Positions 1-14,801 of a stretch of 64,000 nt of DNA are shown here, piece by piece. The stretch is from Escherichia coli (GTDB taxonomy: Bacteria; Pseudomonadota; Gammaproteobacteria; Enterobacterales; Enterobacteriaceae), in assembly GCF_044647545.1 (NCBI RefSeq), contig NZ_CP172818.1. The stretch is one strand, 5' to 3'. Position 1 is the stretch's first letter. The number at the start of each line of letters is the position of its first letter. The notes beneath the pieces are model-generated. The model did no database searches and was not told where the DNA came from. It saw only the letters and a program-made list of their open reading frames with translations. Made by a program: the position numbers and the translations under genes.

Positions 1-276
1 GAGTTCTGCAAGGTTGCTCTCTAACTGTTGCAACAGATGGCGGATCTGCGAATGGAATATTTTACCTTGTTCCGAGAGTTGCAGCGGCGTCACCTGGCGG
101 TTAAACAATTCAACGCCAATCGCCTGTTCCAGCGCACGGATGCGGCGGCTGAATGCCGGTTGCGAGACGTTGCGACTGACTGCTGCCTGGGAAAAATTGC
201 GGCATTTTTCCAGGGTCAGAAAATCATAAAGCCATTTAGTTTCAATATTATGCAAAACCGCACCACAGTCATCCAT
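1..276 (-). CDS. hypT: LysR-family transcriptional regulator HypT (YjiE), N-terminal 92 codons only; gene continues beyond window start
   Basis: Reverse translation from the ATG at 274-276 gives MDDCGAVLHNIETKWLYDFLTLEKCRNFSQAAVSRNVSQPAFSRRIRALEQ, a LysR-type HTH N-terminus recognised as HypT. Confidence 0.8.
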   Translation of the reverse strand, partial: MDDCGAVLHNIETKWLYDFLTLEKCRNFSQAAVSRNVSQPAFSRRIRALEQAIGVELFNRQVTPLQLSEQGKIFHSQIRHLLQQLESNLAEL

Positions 277-340
277 TACGTTTTACTCTGTCAGCCGCCC
301 TTGCGGGCATTCTACGTCCATTCGGGCGGCTGACAACCGT

Positions 341-1513
341 TTATGCCGTTTCAAACGTTCCTTTCACGCAGGCTTTGCCGTCTTTGACCATCAGCTTGCC
401 GCGAGCGTATACCTGCTCAATGCGTAATTCTGGCGTCATGACCAGTAAGTCTGCGTCATTGCCTGGCAGAATTTCGCCTTTCCCGCTCAGGTTAAGGAAA
501 CCGGCTACGCTACTGGTGAGCGGGCGCAGGGCATCGCTGATACTGAAATCATAATCTTTGACCAGCACCTGCACGGTTTCCAGCAACGTTTCAAAACCGG
601 CAACACCGATATGGGTTAAATTCCCTTCGTCATCGAAGAACGGCTGGCTACCGTTGCCGTCGGAGCTGAGGGTGACGCGTGCCAGCGGAATACCCGCCTG
701 AACGGCGCGGGCAATACCTTCGGCAGGGGCGACTGGTTCGTCAATGCTGCTGGTGATATCGATGGTGCCGCCTTTGCGCGCGAACTCCAGCGCCTGCTCA
801 AACAACGGAACGTTGCGGTTAACGTGGGTCGGCAGCAACTTGCTAATCGGCACATCGCAGTTTTCCAGCAGGTCATAGACAGGCTGTAACGCCTTTTTGC
901 TGTCGCCCATGTGGAACACGGTGACGCCAGGTTTACCGCCGAGCAAACCGCCAACGCGGGATTCCGCCGCCATATTAGCCAGGTGATAAACGTCCGGTGC
1001 GGCAGAACGGTGATCAGAGATGGCGCATTTCACGCCAATCACGCGATCGATAATCGCCACGTCTTTTTCCACGGAACCCGTAATAGTGCGGGAAGGGACA
1101 TGATAAGCGCCGGTCAGCATCCAGGCGCTGATGCCTTCTTCATTGAGCGCACGGGTCTTGGCGAGCAGGGATTCCGGGTGGCGAGAGATAGAGTCGGTGC
1201 CCAGCAGACCAACCACTGACGTGACGCCTGCTTCCGTCAGACGACTTAACGCCACTTCCGGCGTGCGCGTCGTGGGACCTGCTTCGCCGCCACCGCCAAT
1301 CAAATGGACGTGTTGATCAATAAAACCTGGGCAGAGGATCTGCCCGCTGAGATCGACAACCGTGCAGTCCGGTACAATGTCAGAAGGGATATTACTGGCA
1401 ACGGCGATAATTTTGCCGTTAGCGACGAGGACATCGCAAATTCCCCGATCTTCCGGCGCATACAAATGCGCTCCCTGCAGCAGGGTAAAACCGGCTGCGG
1501 TATAATCAATCAT
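341..1513 (-). CDS. iadA: isoaspartyl dipeptidase
   Basis: 390-aa ORF with amidohydrolase HxH and GGGGE motifs; recognised as IadA; 3' gene of the yjiHG-iadA operon. Confidence 0.9.
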   Translation of the reverse strand: MIDYTAAGFTLLQGAHLYAPEDRGICDVLVANGKIIAVASNIPSDIVPDCTVVDLSGQILCPGFIDQHVHLIGGGGEAGPTTRTPEVALSRLTEAGVTSVVGLLGTDSISRHPESLLAKTRALNEEGISAWMLTGAYHVPSRTITGSVEKDVAIIDRVIGVKCAISDHRSAAPDVYHLANMAAESRVGGLLGGKPGVTVFHMGDSKKALQPVYDLLENCDVPISKLLPTHVNRNVPLFEQALEFARKGGTIDITSSIDEPVAPAEGIARAVQAGIPLARVTLSSDGNGSQPFFDDEGNLTHIGVAGFETLLETVQVLVKDYDFSISDALRPLTSSVAGFLNLSGKGEILPGNDADLLVMTPELRIEQVYARGKLMVKDGKACVKGTFETA

Positions 1514-1525
1514 GGTAACTCCTTG

Positions 1526-1987
1526 TTAAACAATAAGCTGCATAACCCAGATCGACAGCAATGCGTTAATCACGCAGACCGTAATGATATGCGGGTAATA
1601 TTTGGCATTCACTTCGGCTGTCCCCAGGCAGCGACCGACATTTTGCACCGGGTTGCCCATTAAATACATCGCGGGCAGTAAAACGGTGACATCGTGACCG
1701 GTTAATGCGCCAGCGGTTGCCAGACTGGCGGCAACACCGACTGCGCCGCCCATACTCATTAATGCGGCTAAAAGGACGGTTGCCGCTTCACCGGGTAATC
1801 CCCACAGCGCCATTACGGGTTCACAGATATGCCCCACCCAGTCGAGCAGGCCGGTAATTTTCAGCGCCTGAATGATGACAAACGCCATCACCACGTTTGG
1901 CAGCAGGTTGGTCGTGGCGATAGTAAAGCCACGGCGCGCACCATCGATAAACATATCCATGACGTTTTTGCGGACCTGAGTTGTCAT
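1526..1987 (-). CDS. yjiG: inner membrane protein YjiG (nucleoside-recognition/SpmB-like)
   Basis: 153-aa hydrophobic ORF; overlaps yjiH stop by 4 bp (translational coupling). Confidence 0.85.
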   Translation of the reverse strand: MTTQVRKNVMDMFIDGARRGFTIATTNLLPNVVMAFVIIQALKITGLLDWVGHICEPVMALWGLPGEAATVLLAALMSMGGAVGVAASLATAGALTGHDVTVLLPAMYLMGNPVQNVGRCLGTAEVNAKYYPHIITVCVINALLSIWVMQLIV

Positions 1988-2679
1988 GCTTGCGCTCCTT
2001 GCGTTGGGTTGCGACGTTCTTCGAAGTTAAGCCAGACGCGCAAAATGTTGGCTCCGACAAATTTAAACACCAGGATGACTGCTAAAGGTACGATTACGGA
2101 CGTGCCCAGAAAGGCAAACACCGCGACGCCGGAAGAGAAGTAGTTGGTGATAATGGCGCTACCACTGGTTTGATATGCGGCGAAAATCACTTTATCGCGT
2201 TCGGTAATTTCACCTTCCTGCGCCAGCTCTTTGGTCATACCTGCGGCGGCATCGGTGTTTTGCAGGTTAGCGATCAGCGCCAGCGAGCAGATCCCTGGAA
2301 TGCCCAACAACGGTTTTAGCACTGGCGTCATTAACTGCTGCGCGGCGCGTAATCCGCCAAGACCATCGGTAATTGAAATAATCCCCAGAGAGAGAATGAC
2401 TGACGGTGCCAGCTCCAGCGCAAAGAGAAAGCCATCTTTAGCCCCCGCGCCACCCGCGCCGCGAAACGAGGTGGTGGCTCCGTTCGCACCAGGCAGTTGC
2501 CCAAACGATCCGTTCAGAACGGAAAAATCAAAAACGCGCCACCAACTGTCTGTCCCGGAAAAAACACCGGAAAAAAAGATTATGGTGAGAAAAAAAGCCA
2601 GATACCCTTTAATGCCCACTTTTTCTGTCGCCAGCTCCCCGGCTACAGCATCCCCTTGTTGTGTCATAACAATCCCCAT
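1984..2679 (-). CDS. yjiH: inner membrane protein YjiH (SpmA-like)
   Basis: 231-aa hydrophobic ORF upstream of yjiG in the same operon. Confidence 0.8.
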   Translation of the reverse strand: MGIVMTQQGDAVAGELATEKVGIKGYLAFFLTIIFFSGVFSGTDSWWRVFDFSVLNGSFGQLPGANGATTSFRGAGGAGAKDGFLFALELAPSVILSLGIISITDGLGGLRAAQQLMTPVLKPLLGIPGICSLALIANLQNTDAAAGMTKELAQEGEITERDKVIFAAYQTSGSAIITNYFSSGVAVFAFLGTSVIVPLAVILVFKFVGANILRVWLNFEERRNPTQGAQA

Positions 2680-2916
2680 TGTTTTTTTGTGTTTGTGTGT
2701 TGCTTGAGCCAGGAAAATTCCTGGAGCTGAAAAACCTTATCAGCCATGTGGGTATGGGGAAAATGCAAGTATGTTTCTGACTATGCGTTTTTTGCATAGC
2801 GGTAAAATTACGCTGTGTGGAAAAGGTTCTACGCAGGATTGAGTTGCAGAAAATTCATAAACCCAGTGACAATGACATAGTAAATAAAAAACAGATAATC
2901 CAGGGACGAAAACGCG

Positions 2917-3471
2917 ATGGCAAAGTACAACGAAAAAGAGCTGGCGGATACGAGCAAGTTTTTAAGTTTTGTCCTCCGACACAAACCGGAGGCGATTGGT
3001 ATCGTACTGGACCGTGAAGGATGGGCGGATATCGATAAGCTCATACTTTGTGCCCAAAAAGCGGGCAAGCGGTTAACCCGTGCATTGCGGGATACTGTGG
3101 TTGCCACCAGCGATAAAAAGCGTTTTAGTTATTCCAGTGATGGTAGGTGCATCCGCGCGGTTCAGGGGCATTCGACTTCGCAGGTCGCTATTTCCTTTGC
3201 CGAAAAAACACCGCCACAGTTTCTCTACCACGGTACGGCAAGCCGTTTCCTTGACGAGATAAAAAAACAGGGGCTGATTGCAGGTGAGCGTCACTACGTA
3301 CATCTCTCTGCTGATGAAGCAACGGCACGCAAAGTGGGAGCAAGACACGGATCGCCGGTTATTTTAACCGTCAAAGCACAGGAAATGGCGAAACGAGGCC
3401 TCCCTTTCTGGCAAGCGGAAAACGGGGTCTGGCTGACATCAACGGTTGCGGTTGAGTTTCTTGAGTGGTAA
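2917..3471 (+). CDS. kptA: RNA 2'-phosphotransferase (Tpt1/KptA family)
   Basis: 184-aa ORF recognised as KptA; length matches. Confidence 0.9.
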   Translation: MAKYNEKELADTSKFLSFVLRHKPEAIGIVLDREGWADIDKLILCAQKAGKRLTRALRDTVVATSDKKRFSYSSDGRCIRAVQGHSTSQVAISFAEKTPPQFLYHGTASRFLDEIKKQGLIAGERHYVHLSADEATARKVGARHGSPVILTVKAQEMAKRGLPFWQAENGVWLTSTVAVEFLEW

Positions 3472-3483
3472 GGGAAACTTCCC

Positions 3484-4662
3484 TCATGAAGTGACCACTT
3501 GTAGCTTAAATAATTGCACTGTGCTGATAAGCGCAGCAATAAACAACGCCGCCGCGCCGCAGAGAGTGGCGCTGGCAAGCGCCGATGTTCCATTGCCGAG
3601 CATACTGGTCAGCGCCGGGCCGAGGATTTGCCCAATGCCGTAAATGAGCGTCACAAAGCCTAAAAGATTGAGATTTCCCGGTACGCTCAGTTGGCGGGCG
3701 ATAGTCATCACCAGAGATGTCGTGCCCATAAAGGTACCGCCAAAACCAAGACTGCTGATGATAAGCAAGAGAGGCGAGTCGCTGGCGAGAGTAAGCAGCA
3801 CACAGATAGCCTGCACCAGCAAATTCGCCGTCAGGCAGGGCAAAGCCCCCCAACGTTTTGCTGCCCATAGCCAGCCAAAGCAACCAGGCACAATTGATAA
3901 GCCGACTAACGTCCAGAGATGGGCGGTTAACAATGGTGAGCCTGCATCTTTCGCCATGAGCGGCAGGTAAGTCGCGACGATGATATAACCAAATCCCGCC
4001 AGGCCGTACAGAATAGCCAGTAACCACCAGCTCATTATCTGTTGCTCCGTTTTTGCCAATGGCATTGGTGTGATGGCGTGTTTTTTCGAGGGCATTAAAA
4101 GCGTAAGTGCAATCAGCATCATGCCAGAAAGCGCCCCGGCGCCTTGCCATAACGTTTGCGAGGAGAGGTCAAAATGCAGGCCTGCCAGAACATATTCATT
4201 GCCCAGTGCGATGCCAATGCCAACGCCAGAAAACAAAGCTGCCAGCACAAAAGGATGGCGCGTGTGCTGCATAATCAGCGTCGAACCAAAAATCAGCATA
4301 CCGGCGCTGGCGACACCCGCCAGGACGCGAATCAATAACACCAGAATAAATGGCGGCAACCATGCCATTGCGAGGATCAACAACCCGCTCGCCAGGGCAG
4401 AAGCCAACAGAAATGGGCGCAGGCGCGATGGCTGGTGAAATGCGCCAAAAGAAAATAGCAGACTGCCAGCCAGATACCCCGCATAGTTGCCGCTGGCAAT
4501 CCACGAGAGCTGGCTAAATGAAAACGATCCTTCCGCCATCATGACGGGCAACATAGGCGTATAAAGGAAGCGGCCTAAACCCATACCTAAGGTCAGAACC
4601 AGCATCCCGAAAAGCGCGGTGCTGAAAGAAAAGCGTTCTACGGGATGCGTGGACGAAGGCAT
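3484..4662 (-). CDS. yjiJ: MFS-family transporter YjiJ
   Basis: 392-aa ORF with about 12 hydrophobic segments. Confidence 0.85.
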   Translation of the reverse strand: MPSSTHPVERFSFSTALFGMLVLTLGMGLGRFLYTPMLPVMMAEGSFSFSQLSWIASGNYAGYLAGSLLFSFGAFHQPSRLRPFLLASALASGLLILAMAWLPPFILVLLIRVLAGVASAGMLIFGSTLIMQHTRHPFVLAALFSGVGIGIALGNEYVLAGLHFDLSSQTLWQGAGALSGMMLIALTLLMPSKKHAITPMPLAKTEQQIMSWWLLAILYGLAGFGYIIVATYLPLMAKDAGSPLLTAHLWTLVGLSIVPGCFGWLWAAKRWGALPCLTANLLVQAICVLLTLASDSPLLLIISSLGFGGTFMGTTSLVMTIARQLSVPGNLNLLGFVTLIYGIGQILGPALTSMLGNGTSALASATLCGAAALFIAALISTVQLFKLQVVTS

Positions 4663-4729
4663 GTTTAACCTTGTTTGTCATTTTTGTTGTTAACAAGTTA
4701 ATAACAAAAAGGTGAAGCATGCCAGCCTG

Positions 4730-6682
<1,953 letters not shown>

Positions 6683-6685
6683 TCC

Positions 6686-7858
6686 TTACAGCATCTCAAT
6701 AAAGGCCGCGACACGGGTACTGAGCTGCCCGACATCCGAGGTGGAGTAGTCTGTTTCAATAGCGATATAAGGAATGTTGTGCTGCTGGCGCACATGACGT
6801 TTAATCGCCAGCGATTCCACCGCGTAGGTATGGCACGCCTGCAAAATCACATCAACTACGCCATCGACCTGATATTCCTCCACCATCTGGCTGAGCATTT
6901 TCAGGCGCTGATCGTTCGGCGAAACACAGGAGCAGCCAATCGCCAGATATTTATCCGCCAGCGCGTCGTAGACATCGCCCGTTTCTGCCACGCATTGCTC
7001 GGTCGCTTTCGCCCCGGTGCAGTTTTCATAACCGACAACCCAGCCGCCATTCTCTTCAATCGCGCGCACCACTTTTTCTGCTGCGCCGCCAATCGGGCAG
7101 CCGGTGATTAAAATGCGCGGACGCGGGTCCAGTCGCTGGCCTTCTTCCCACTGCTGACGAACGCGGGCGGTCATTGCATCCAGTTCATTGATCAACGCCT
7201 CTTTATCGAACCGGAAGGTTGCGCCGTAAACCACTTTCAGAATGTCGCTGCCGCTAAGCGCCGGAGGATTTAACTGCCCAAGATGATAAAAATTAGCCAG
7301 TGCGCGACGTTCGCGGTTTTTCAGCGCAATGGCATCGCGCAGAGCATCTTCGCTAATCTCGTGCCCAAAACGTTCTTCTACCGTTTTTTGCAAGCGCAGC
7401 ATCTCGGCTTTCCATAACGCACGCGAGGCATCGTCCTTAACGCTGTTGGGCAATTGCATCACATGAACAGGCTTAAACTCCGCCATGTATTCATACATTT
7501 TCTTTTTGCCGTCGCAGGTGGTTTCACCGACCACCAGATCCGAAAAGTAGAAGTAGGGGCATTTATCGGTTTTGCCGAAGCCGTAGCTGCTTTTAATCAG
7601 CGGGCAGAGGTTGCGCGGCAGATCTTTCTCCGCTTCTTCAATGGTTTCATCAGAGGTGGAACAGAGCGAAACCACAACCGCACCGGCTGCCATCGGGATC
7701 TCTTGCGGCATAAAGGTGCAGTAAGTGCCAACCAGCGGAATGCCGCGCTCCTTGAGATCCATGACGGTGAGAAAGCCTGTCTGGCGAGCTTCAGAGAACT
7801 GATCGAAAATGGCGGGTAGATCGGTGACAAGTGACATGATTTTCCTTCCCCGTACCAC
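6686..7858 (-). CDS. yjiM: 2-hydroxyglutaryl-CoA dehydratase D-component-like protein
   Basis: 390-aa ORF, cysteine-rich; recognised as YjiM. Confidence 0.85.
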   Translation of the reverse strand: MVRGRKIMSLVTDLPAIFDQFSEARQTGFLTVMDLKERGIPLVGTYCTFMPQEIPMAAGAVVVSLCSTSDETIEEAEKDLPRNLCPLIKSSYGFGKTDKCPYFYFSDLVVGETTCDGKKKMYEYMAEFKPVHVMQLPNSVKDDASRALWKAEMLRLQKTVEERFGHEISEDALRDAIALKNRERRALANFYHLGQLNPPALSGSDILKVVYGATFRFDKEALINELDAMTARVRQQWEEGQRLDPRPRILITGCPIGGAAEKVVRAIEENGGWVVGYENCTGAKATEQCVAETGDVYDALADKYLAIGCSCVSPNDQRLKMLSQMVEEYQVDGVVDVILQACHTYAVESLAIKRHVRQQHNIPYIAIETDYSTSDVGQLSTRVAAFIEML

Positions 7859-7952
7859 GGGAGATAATGAAAAGAGGCCACATTATTACCATTCTTTTAG
7901 TATGGTTTATTTGATCTCTCTCGCGGTTAGCCACTTAGTTTTTCATGGATTT

Positions 7953-9233
7953 CTAAAAATTGCCGAGGGGGAACAAGGCCGGGAGCTGCGACAGCAAATA
8001 TAAAATTAGCCCAATACAACCGCCAACCAGCGTACCGTTGACACGAATAAACTGCAGATCTTTGCCGATATTTAACTCTATTTGCCGCGACATATCCCGC
8101 GCATCCCAGCTTTTTACCGTATCGCTGATGTGGCGCGTCAGGAATGCGGAAAACTCAGGCGCGACGCGGTGCGCGGCTTGTTCAAGATGACCATTTAACG
8201 ACGCCCGCAAGGCATCATCGGCAATTAACGTTTCGCCAAACCATTGACCCGCTCGTGCGATGCGTTCTTTCACACGAGAATCTTCACTGTTGATATCCAC
8301 TTTCAGCCATTCCCGTAAATCCCCCCACAATTCACTGAGATAGCGATTAAAAGCTTCATCTTCTTTCAGATAGCTTTTTACGGCATCGGCTCGCGCTGCC
8401 ATTTCCGGATCGTTTTTCAGCTTGTCGATCAGGGCGAAGGTGGCGCGATCAAACGCATGGCGGATCTGATGCGCACGATCGCGACTAATATCATCAAGCA
8501 AAGAATTCACCGCGTCAGAAACCAACTCCGCGCTATGTTCGCCCAACCATTCGGTGGGGAGAATTTTGGCTTTCAGTGGATGCTCGCTCTCCAGCCAGCG
8601 AACAATTTGCTGGGCGATAAACTTGCGCGATTTATCGCGCTGGAGAAGGGCGATCAACTGTGCGATCAGCGTATCCAGCAGCACCTGATGACGATCGTTT
8701 TTGGTCATACTCTCCAGCATCAACGCACTGGTGCCGGAAAGATCGACCTTATCAATCGCCCGATGGACCGCGCGCTTAAGCAGGCGCTGAATACGCGCAT
8801 CATCGGTAAGTTCGAGAAAACCGCTCATGATCTGCAACAGATGCTGACCAACGCGGCGGGCGTTTTCTGGCTGGCTAAACCAGTTGCCAATCAGCAACGC
8901 CGGTTCGTGGCGTCGAATCAATGCCACCAGGGATTGAGTATCAAGAAATTTTTCCTGCACGAACTGGCCGAGATTTTCGCCAATCCGGTCTTTATTACGC
9001 GGGATAATCGCCGTATGGCGAGAAATGATCGGAATCGGCACGCGGCGAAACAGCGCCACCACCGCAAACCAGTCCGCCAGCGCGCCGACCATCGCCGCTT
9101 CAGCAATCGCCTTCACGCCGCTCACCCAAAAATTGGGCGGCAAAAACAGCGTAACGACAAAGGTAGCAGCGGCGATAAGCAGTAAAGAGAGCGCCAACAT
9201 TTTGGCGCGTCTGAGTTCAATGAGTTTATTCAT
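7953..9233 (-). CDS. yjiN: DUF445 family inner membrane protein
   Basis: 426-aa ORF recognised as YjiN. Confidence 0.85.
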   Translation of the reverse strand: MNKLIELRRAKMLALSLLLIAAATFVVTLFLPPNFWVSGVKAIAEAAMVGALADWFAVVALFRRVPIPIISRHTAIIPRNKDRIGENLGQFVQEKFLDTQSLVALIRRHEPALLIGNWFSQPENARRVGQHLLQIMSGFLELTDDARIQRLLKRAVHRAIDKVDLSGTSALMLESMTKNDRHQVLLDTLIAQLIALLQRDKSRKFIAQQIVRWLESEHPLKAKILPTEWLGEHSAELVSDAVNSLLDDISRDRAHQIRHAFDRATFALIDKLKNDPEMAARADAVKSYLKEDEAFNRYLSELWGDLREWLKVDINSEDSRVKERIARAGQWFGETLIADDALRASLNGHLEQAAHRVAPEFSAFLTRHISDTVKSWDARDMSRQIELNIGKDLQFIRVNGTLVGGCIGLILYLLSQLPALFPLGNF

Positions 9234-10478
9234 AACGTTAAGAATAGAGCCTGACGGCAGGATCGCGCAAAAATCACTGCTCCTCTGCCAGCTCGGCAGC
9301 CTGATGTTGGCGCACGCGATTAAGCAATCCCGCCAGGGTGAAAACGACGATAACGCCCGCCACGACGGCTAACAGATGAAACGGCAAGCGACCGCCGTTA
9401 AACCACAGCCACCGGCCGATTTCGACCGAGACAGACATCACCATCAGGATCACCATATTCAGCGATGCGGAGACGGTCCCTTTCGGTAAGTTATTGGAAA
9501 ACAGCGTAAAGCGGAATAAGGTCGGGAAGATCAAACCAATCCCGAAAGCATACAAACTGGTGCCCAGCACCGACCACAGCCATACGTGCGGTGACAGCAG
9601 ATTGCCGATAATCAACAGCGCGAGGCCAACCAGTTGAATGGGTACGGCACGCCAGATAAAGCGCGGTTCGGTCGGATCTTTAACGAAACGCGCCACGATG
9701 GCATTCGCGACAATCACCGCGCCGAACACCGGAACCTGTGTCCAGGCGAACTGCGAGGTCGTTAAGCCGCCTGCGTCAATCAGGATCACCGGCGAGACAG
9801 CCACCCAACTCATCATTGGGATATAGCTTAAAGAGATGGTTGCTGCACCAAAGAGGAACTGCCGATTGCAAAAGACATTACGAAAATCGCGCAAGACGCT
9901 TTTGGCGCTAAATGAAACCGCGCCGCGCTTCACCGTCTCTGGCATCGCCAGCAGTAAGCCAACAAATGAGATAAAACCCATAATCGCAATGATGGCAAAA
10001 AGGACTTTCCAGTGTACAAAGTGCATCAGAGCTGCGCCGGAAAGCGGGCCGATAATCGGCGCAATCAGTACGATGGAGGTGATAATCGCCATCAACCTGA
10101 TCCCTTTTGTCTGGCCGAACGCCTCCTGCACCGTGACATAACCAACGGTGGCAATAAAACAGATACTGGTGCCCTGAATTGCACGCGCGATAAGAAACTG
10201 TGTCATAGACGTTGTGAACATTGTCGCAGCGCAGGCAAGGGTAAATATTAGCGCCCCGGTAATCAGCACCGGCCTGCGGCCAATCCTGTCGGAAAGCGGC
10301 CCCAGCAGCCACTGTAACGCCATACCGCCCGCGAGATAGAGACTGACGGCTGCCGGGGCCAGACTGACATCGGCATTAAAATCACGGACCACATTAATGA
10401 TCCCCGGCTGAATCAGGTCCGTCGACAGGTACGCGGCAAAATCATACAAAATCAACGCCATCGGGAAAAACAGCGGGG

Positions 10479-11335
<857 letters not shown>

Positions 11336-11430
11336 AGGGGTTCTTCACGTTTGTGAAGGTGCCGAAACTGGATATGGACTATTGAGTGAAATGTCAGGCC
11401 GCAGATGCGGCGCCATCATCCGGCCCAAAA

Positions 11431-12387
11431 TTACTTCCTCAACCCCGCAAACGCTGCCCGAATCTCTTCCTCCGGCAACTGAATCCCGATAAACACCATC
11501 GTGCTATGCGGTTTTTCATCGCCCCACGGGCGGTCCCAGTCGGCGCTGTAGAGGCGTTGGACGCCCTGGAATAGCAGGCGGTTAGGTTCGCCGTCAATCC
11601 ATAGCATCCCTTTGTAACGCAGTAGTTTATCCGCCGACTCCAGCAGCAGGTTTTCCATCACCCGGGAAACTTCGCTGATATCTACCGGGTAATCCAGTTC
11701 CACCACAATCGACGAAATATCGTTTTGTTTGTCCGCGATAAAGTGGAAACGCGGTTTGGTGCTGACGACGTTTTCTTCCAGCATAAAACCGTTGGTGTTG
11801 AACAGAAGGCCCAGGTCGATATCGCCGTGGGTAACGGTGTAGACCGGTGCGCGGGCGTTGATGCGCGCCAGGCGTTCACGCAGTTTCTCTGCTTCGCCTG
11901 CGACGTCGGTTTTCGTCAGCAGAATACGGTCGGCGTAGCCAACCTGGGACTGGGCGATGGTGAACTGGTTCATCTGCTCATCGGCATGTACCGCATCCAC
12001 CAGCGCAATCACGCCGTCCAGCAGGTAGCGCTGGCATAAAATCTCATGGGAGAAAAAGGTCTGAATAATCGGGCCGGGATCGGCCATGCCGGTGCATTCA
12101 ATGACCAGACGGTCGAACTGAATATTGCCCTTGTCGAGATTATCCAGCAGGTCGAGTAGTGCGTCTTCCAGCTCGTTGGAGCGCGAACAGCAGATGCAGC
12201 CGTTGGTCAGCGTTTTGATCTGCGTGGCGCGGTCGCCAATCAGTTGATCATCAACGGAGACTTCGCCGAATTCGTTTTCAATCACGGCAATCTTGTAGCC
12301 GTGTTGTTCGTTAAGAATATGGCGCAGCAGGGTGGTTTTGCCCGCGCCTAAAAAACCGGTGAGTAGGGTAACTGCAATCGGGTTCAT
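11431..12387 (-). CDS. yjiA: CobW/HypB-family metal-binding GTPase
   Basis: Starts MNPIAVTLLTGFLGAGKTTLL (P-loop), CxCC motif present; 318 aa. Confidence 0.9.
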   Translation of the reverse strand: MNPIAVTLLTGFLGAGKTTLLRHILNEQHGYKIAVIENEFGEVSVDDQLIGDRATQIKTLTNGCICCSRSNELEDALLDLLDNLDKGNIQFDRLVIECTGMADPGPIIQTFFSHEILCQRYLLDGVIALVDAVHADEQMNQFTIAQSQVGYADRILLTKTDVAGEAEKLRERLARINARAPVYTVTHGDIDLGLLFNTNGFMLEENVVSTKPRFHFIADKQNDISSIVVELDYPVDISEVSRVMENLLLESADKLLRYKGMLWIDGEPNRLLFQGVQRLYSADWDRPWGDEKPHSTMVFIGIQLPEEEIRAAFAGLRK

Positions 12388-12397
12388 GCTCTCTCCA

Positions 12398-12601
12398 TTA
12401 ACAACAGCGCATACCGCCTTTACCATCGCCGCCGTAGCGTGCGTTCTGGCGTTCGCGGAAGAATTCTTCATAGCTCATGTACGGCTTGTCGGGATGGTTG
12501 GTCTTCATATGCTCGACGTAGTTGTCGTAGTCTGGAATGCCAATCAACATCTTCGCCGCCTGGCCGAGATATTTTTTTGCCTGTCCTAAGTTACCAAACA
12601 T
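12398..12601 (-). CDS. yjiX: small protein YjiX (DUF466)
   Basis: 67-aa [36 protein letters not shown] recognised as YjiX; co-oriented downstream of btsT. Confidence 0.85.
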
Positions 12602-12622
12602 AGTTCACTCTGATAAGAACAA

Positions 12623-12642
12623 AGCCCCGCCGAAGCGGGGCT
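12623..12642 (-). terminator. hairpin agccccgc-cgaa-gcggggct followed on the minus strand by a T-rich tract; intrinsic terminator or attenuator after btsT
   Basis: Perfect 8-bp GC-rich stem seen in the sequence directly downstream of the btsT stop. Confidence 0.5.
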
Positions 12643-12650
12643 AAACACGG

Positions 12651-14801
12651 TTAGTGGTGCGAAGAGATCTTCACGCCGCCTTCCGGGATTGGAACGTACG
12701 GTGTTTCTTTGTCAGTACGTTTGTCGCTGTTACGCACCGCAAGCCAGGTTTTGAAACCGTAGAAGATGATGCTGTACACCACAATCAGGAACAGAATACT
12801 CAGACCTGCGTTGGTGTAGTTGTTCACAACGATGTGGTTCATGTTGGCAATCTGCTGCGCCGTCAGGTCAGTACCGTTAGCAATCTTCTCTTTGTACTGG
12901 CTTGCCATGTAGAAGAAGCCTTCCATCTGCGGGTTGGTGCTGAACAGTTTCAGGCCCAGCGCCCAGGTGGTGCAGATAAGCAGCCATACAGCCGGAACAA
13001 CAGTTACCCAGATGTATTGGGTGCGCTTCATCTTAATCAGCACAACGGTGCCCAGTACCAGCGCTACGGCTGCCAGCATCTGGTTGGAAATACCGAACAG
13101 CGGCCACAGGCTCTTAACGCCGCCCAGCGGATCGACCACGCCCTGATACAGCAGGTAGCCCCACAGACCCACACAGCCCGCAGTACCGATGATACCGGCA
13201 ACCAGAGAGTCGGTTTTTTTCAGGAACGGGATGAAGTTACCCAGCAGGTCTTGCAGCATAAAGCGGCCAGAACGGGTACCCGCATCCAGCGCGGTCAGGA
13301 TGAACAGTGCTTCGAACAGAATACCGAAGTGATACCAGAAGCCCATGTCAGCCATCGGCAGCACTTTGTGGAACACGTGAGCGATACCTACCGCCAGCGT
13401 CGGCGCACCACCTGCACGGTTCAGGACAGAAGGCTCACCAATGTCTTTCGCGGTTTGCAGGATCTGCTCTGGCGAAATCACGAAGCCCCAGGAGCTGACG
13501 GTCGCTGCCGCGTGTGCGGTAACGTCTTTCAGCTGCGCCATGATGATCGGCGCGTTCTCGCCACCCATTTCATGCAGGTTAGGCATGGTGATGCCAAGGC
13601 CAGCAGGCGGGGTGTTCATCGCGAAGTAAAGACCCGGTTCGATGATGGACGCAGCAACCAGCGCCATAATCGCCACGAAGGACTCCATCAGCATTGCGCC
13701 GTAGCCGATGAAACGCGCGTCGGTTTCATTAGCCAGCAGTTTTGGCGTCGTACCGGAAGAGATCAGCGCGTGGAAGCCAGATACCGCACCACAGGCGATG
13801 GTGATGAACAGGAACGGGAACAGAGCGCCTTTCCACAGCGGGCCAGTACCGTCAATGTACTGGGTCATGGCAGGCATTTTCAGTTCCGGGTTCAGCACCA
13901 CGATACCCAGCGCCAGGCCGACGATAACGCCGATTTTCAGGAAGGTTGCCAGATAGTCGCGCGGTGCGAGGATCAGCCACACCGGCAGCAGTGCGGAAAC
14001 AAACGCATAGCCAATCAGCGCGAAGGTAATGGTGGTGTCTTTAAAGGTCAGTGCCGGACCCCAGTACGGATCGTGAGCAATCACGCCACCGAAGTAGATA
14101 GAGGCAACCAGCAGCACGATACCAATGACAGAGACTTCACCCACACGCCCCGGACGAATAAAGCGCATGTAGATACCCATAAACAGCGCAATCGGTACGG
14201 TTGAGCAAACGGTGAAGACACCCCACGGACTTTCGGCCAGGGCTTTAACCACAATCAGCGCCAGGACGGCGAGGATGATGATCATGATTAAGAAACAGCC
14301 AAACAGCGCGATAGTCCCCGGTACTGGTCCCATCTCTTCTTTGATCATCTCACCAAGAGATGCGCCATTACGGCGAGAGGAGATAAACAGCACCATAAAG
14401 TCCTGAACCGCACCGGCCAGCACGACCCCCGCCAGCAGCCACAGCGTGCCAGGCAGGTAGCCCATCTGCGCGGCGAGAACCGGACCCACCAGCGGACCAG
14501 CACCGGCGATAGCGGCGAAGTGGTGACCAAACAACACGTAACGGTTGGTCGGAACGTAGTTCAGACCGTCGTTGTTAATAACCGCAGGCGTCGCGCGCGT
14601 GGGGTCGAGTTTCATCACCTTCTGGGCGATGTACAGACTGTAGTAGCGATACGCCACCAGATACACCGATACAGAGGCGACCACGATCCACAGGGCGCTG
14701 ACGTGCTCCCCCCGACGTAATGCAACTACCGCGAGGCAGAATGCACCGATGATTCCGAGAATCACCCAGGGTATGTGCTTGAATATCTTTTTAGTATCCA
14801 T
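12651..14801 (-). CDS. btsT: pyruvate/H+ symporter, CstA family
   Basis: 716-aa polytopic ORF starting MDTKKIFKHIPWVILG; recognised as BtsT (YjiY). Confidence 0.9.
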   Translation of the reverse strand: MDTKKIFKHIPWVILGIIGAFCLAVVALRRGEHVSALWIVVASVSVYLVAYRYYSLYIAQKVMKLDPTRATPAVINNDGLNYVPTNRYVLFGHHFAAIAGAGPLVGPVLAAQMGYLPGTLWLLAGVVLAGAVQDFMVLFISSRRNGASLGEMIKEEMGPVPGTIALFGCFLIMIIILAVLALIVVKALAESPWGVFTVCSTVPIALFMGIYMRFIRPGRVGEVSVIGIVLLVASIYFGGVIAHDPYWGPALTFKDTTITFALIGYAFVSALLPVWLILAPRDYLATFLKIGVIVGLALGIVVLNPELKMPAMTQYIDGTGPLWKGALFPFLFITIACGAVSGFHALISSGTTPKLLANETDARFIGYGAMLMESFVAIMALVAASIIEPGLYFAMNTPPAGLGITMPNLHEMGGENAPIIMAQLKDVTAHAAATVSSWGFVISPEQILQTAKDIGEPSVLNRAGGAPTLAVGIAHVFHKVLPMADMGFWYHFGILFEALFILTALDAGTRSGRFMLQDLLGNFIPFLKKTDSLVAGIIGTAGCVGLWGYLLYQGVVDPLGGVKSLWPLFGISNQMLAAVALVLGTVVLIKMKRTQYIWVTVVPAVWLLICTTWALGLKLFSTNPQMEGFFYMASQYKEKIANGTDLTAQQIANMNHIVVNNYTNAGLSILFLIVVYSIIFYGFKTWLAVRNSDKRTDKETPYVPIPEGGVKISSHH

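Noticed and set aside
12654-14204. 516-aa ORF on the + strand
   Set aside because: It is entirely antisense to the strongly supported btsT gene and has an Arg/Gln/His-rich composition typical of a spurious antisense frame.
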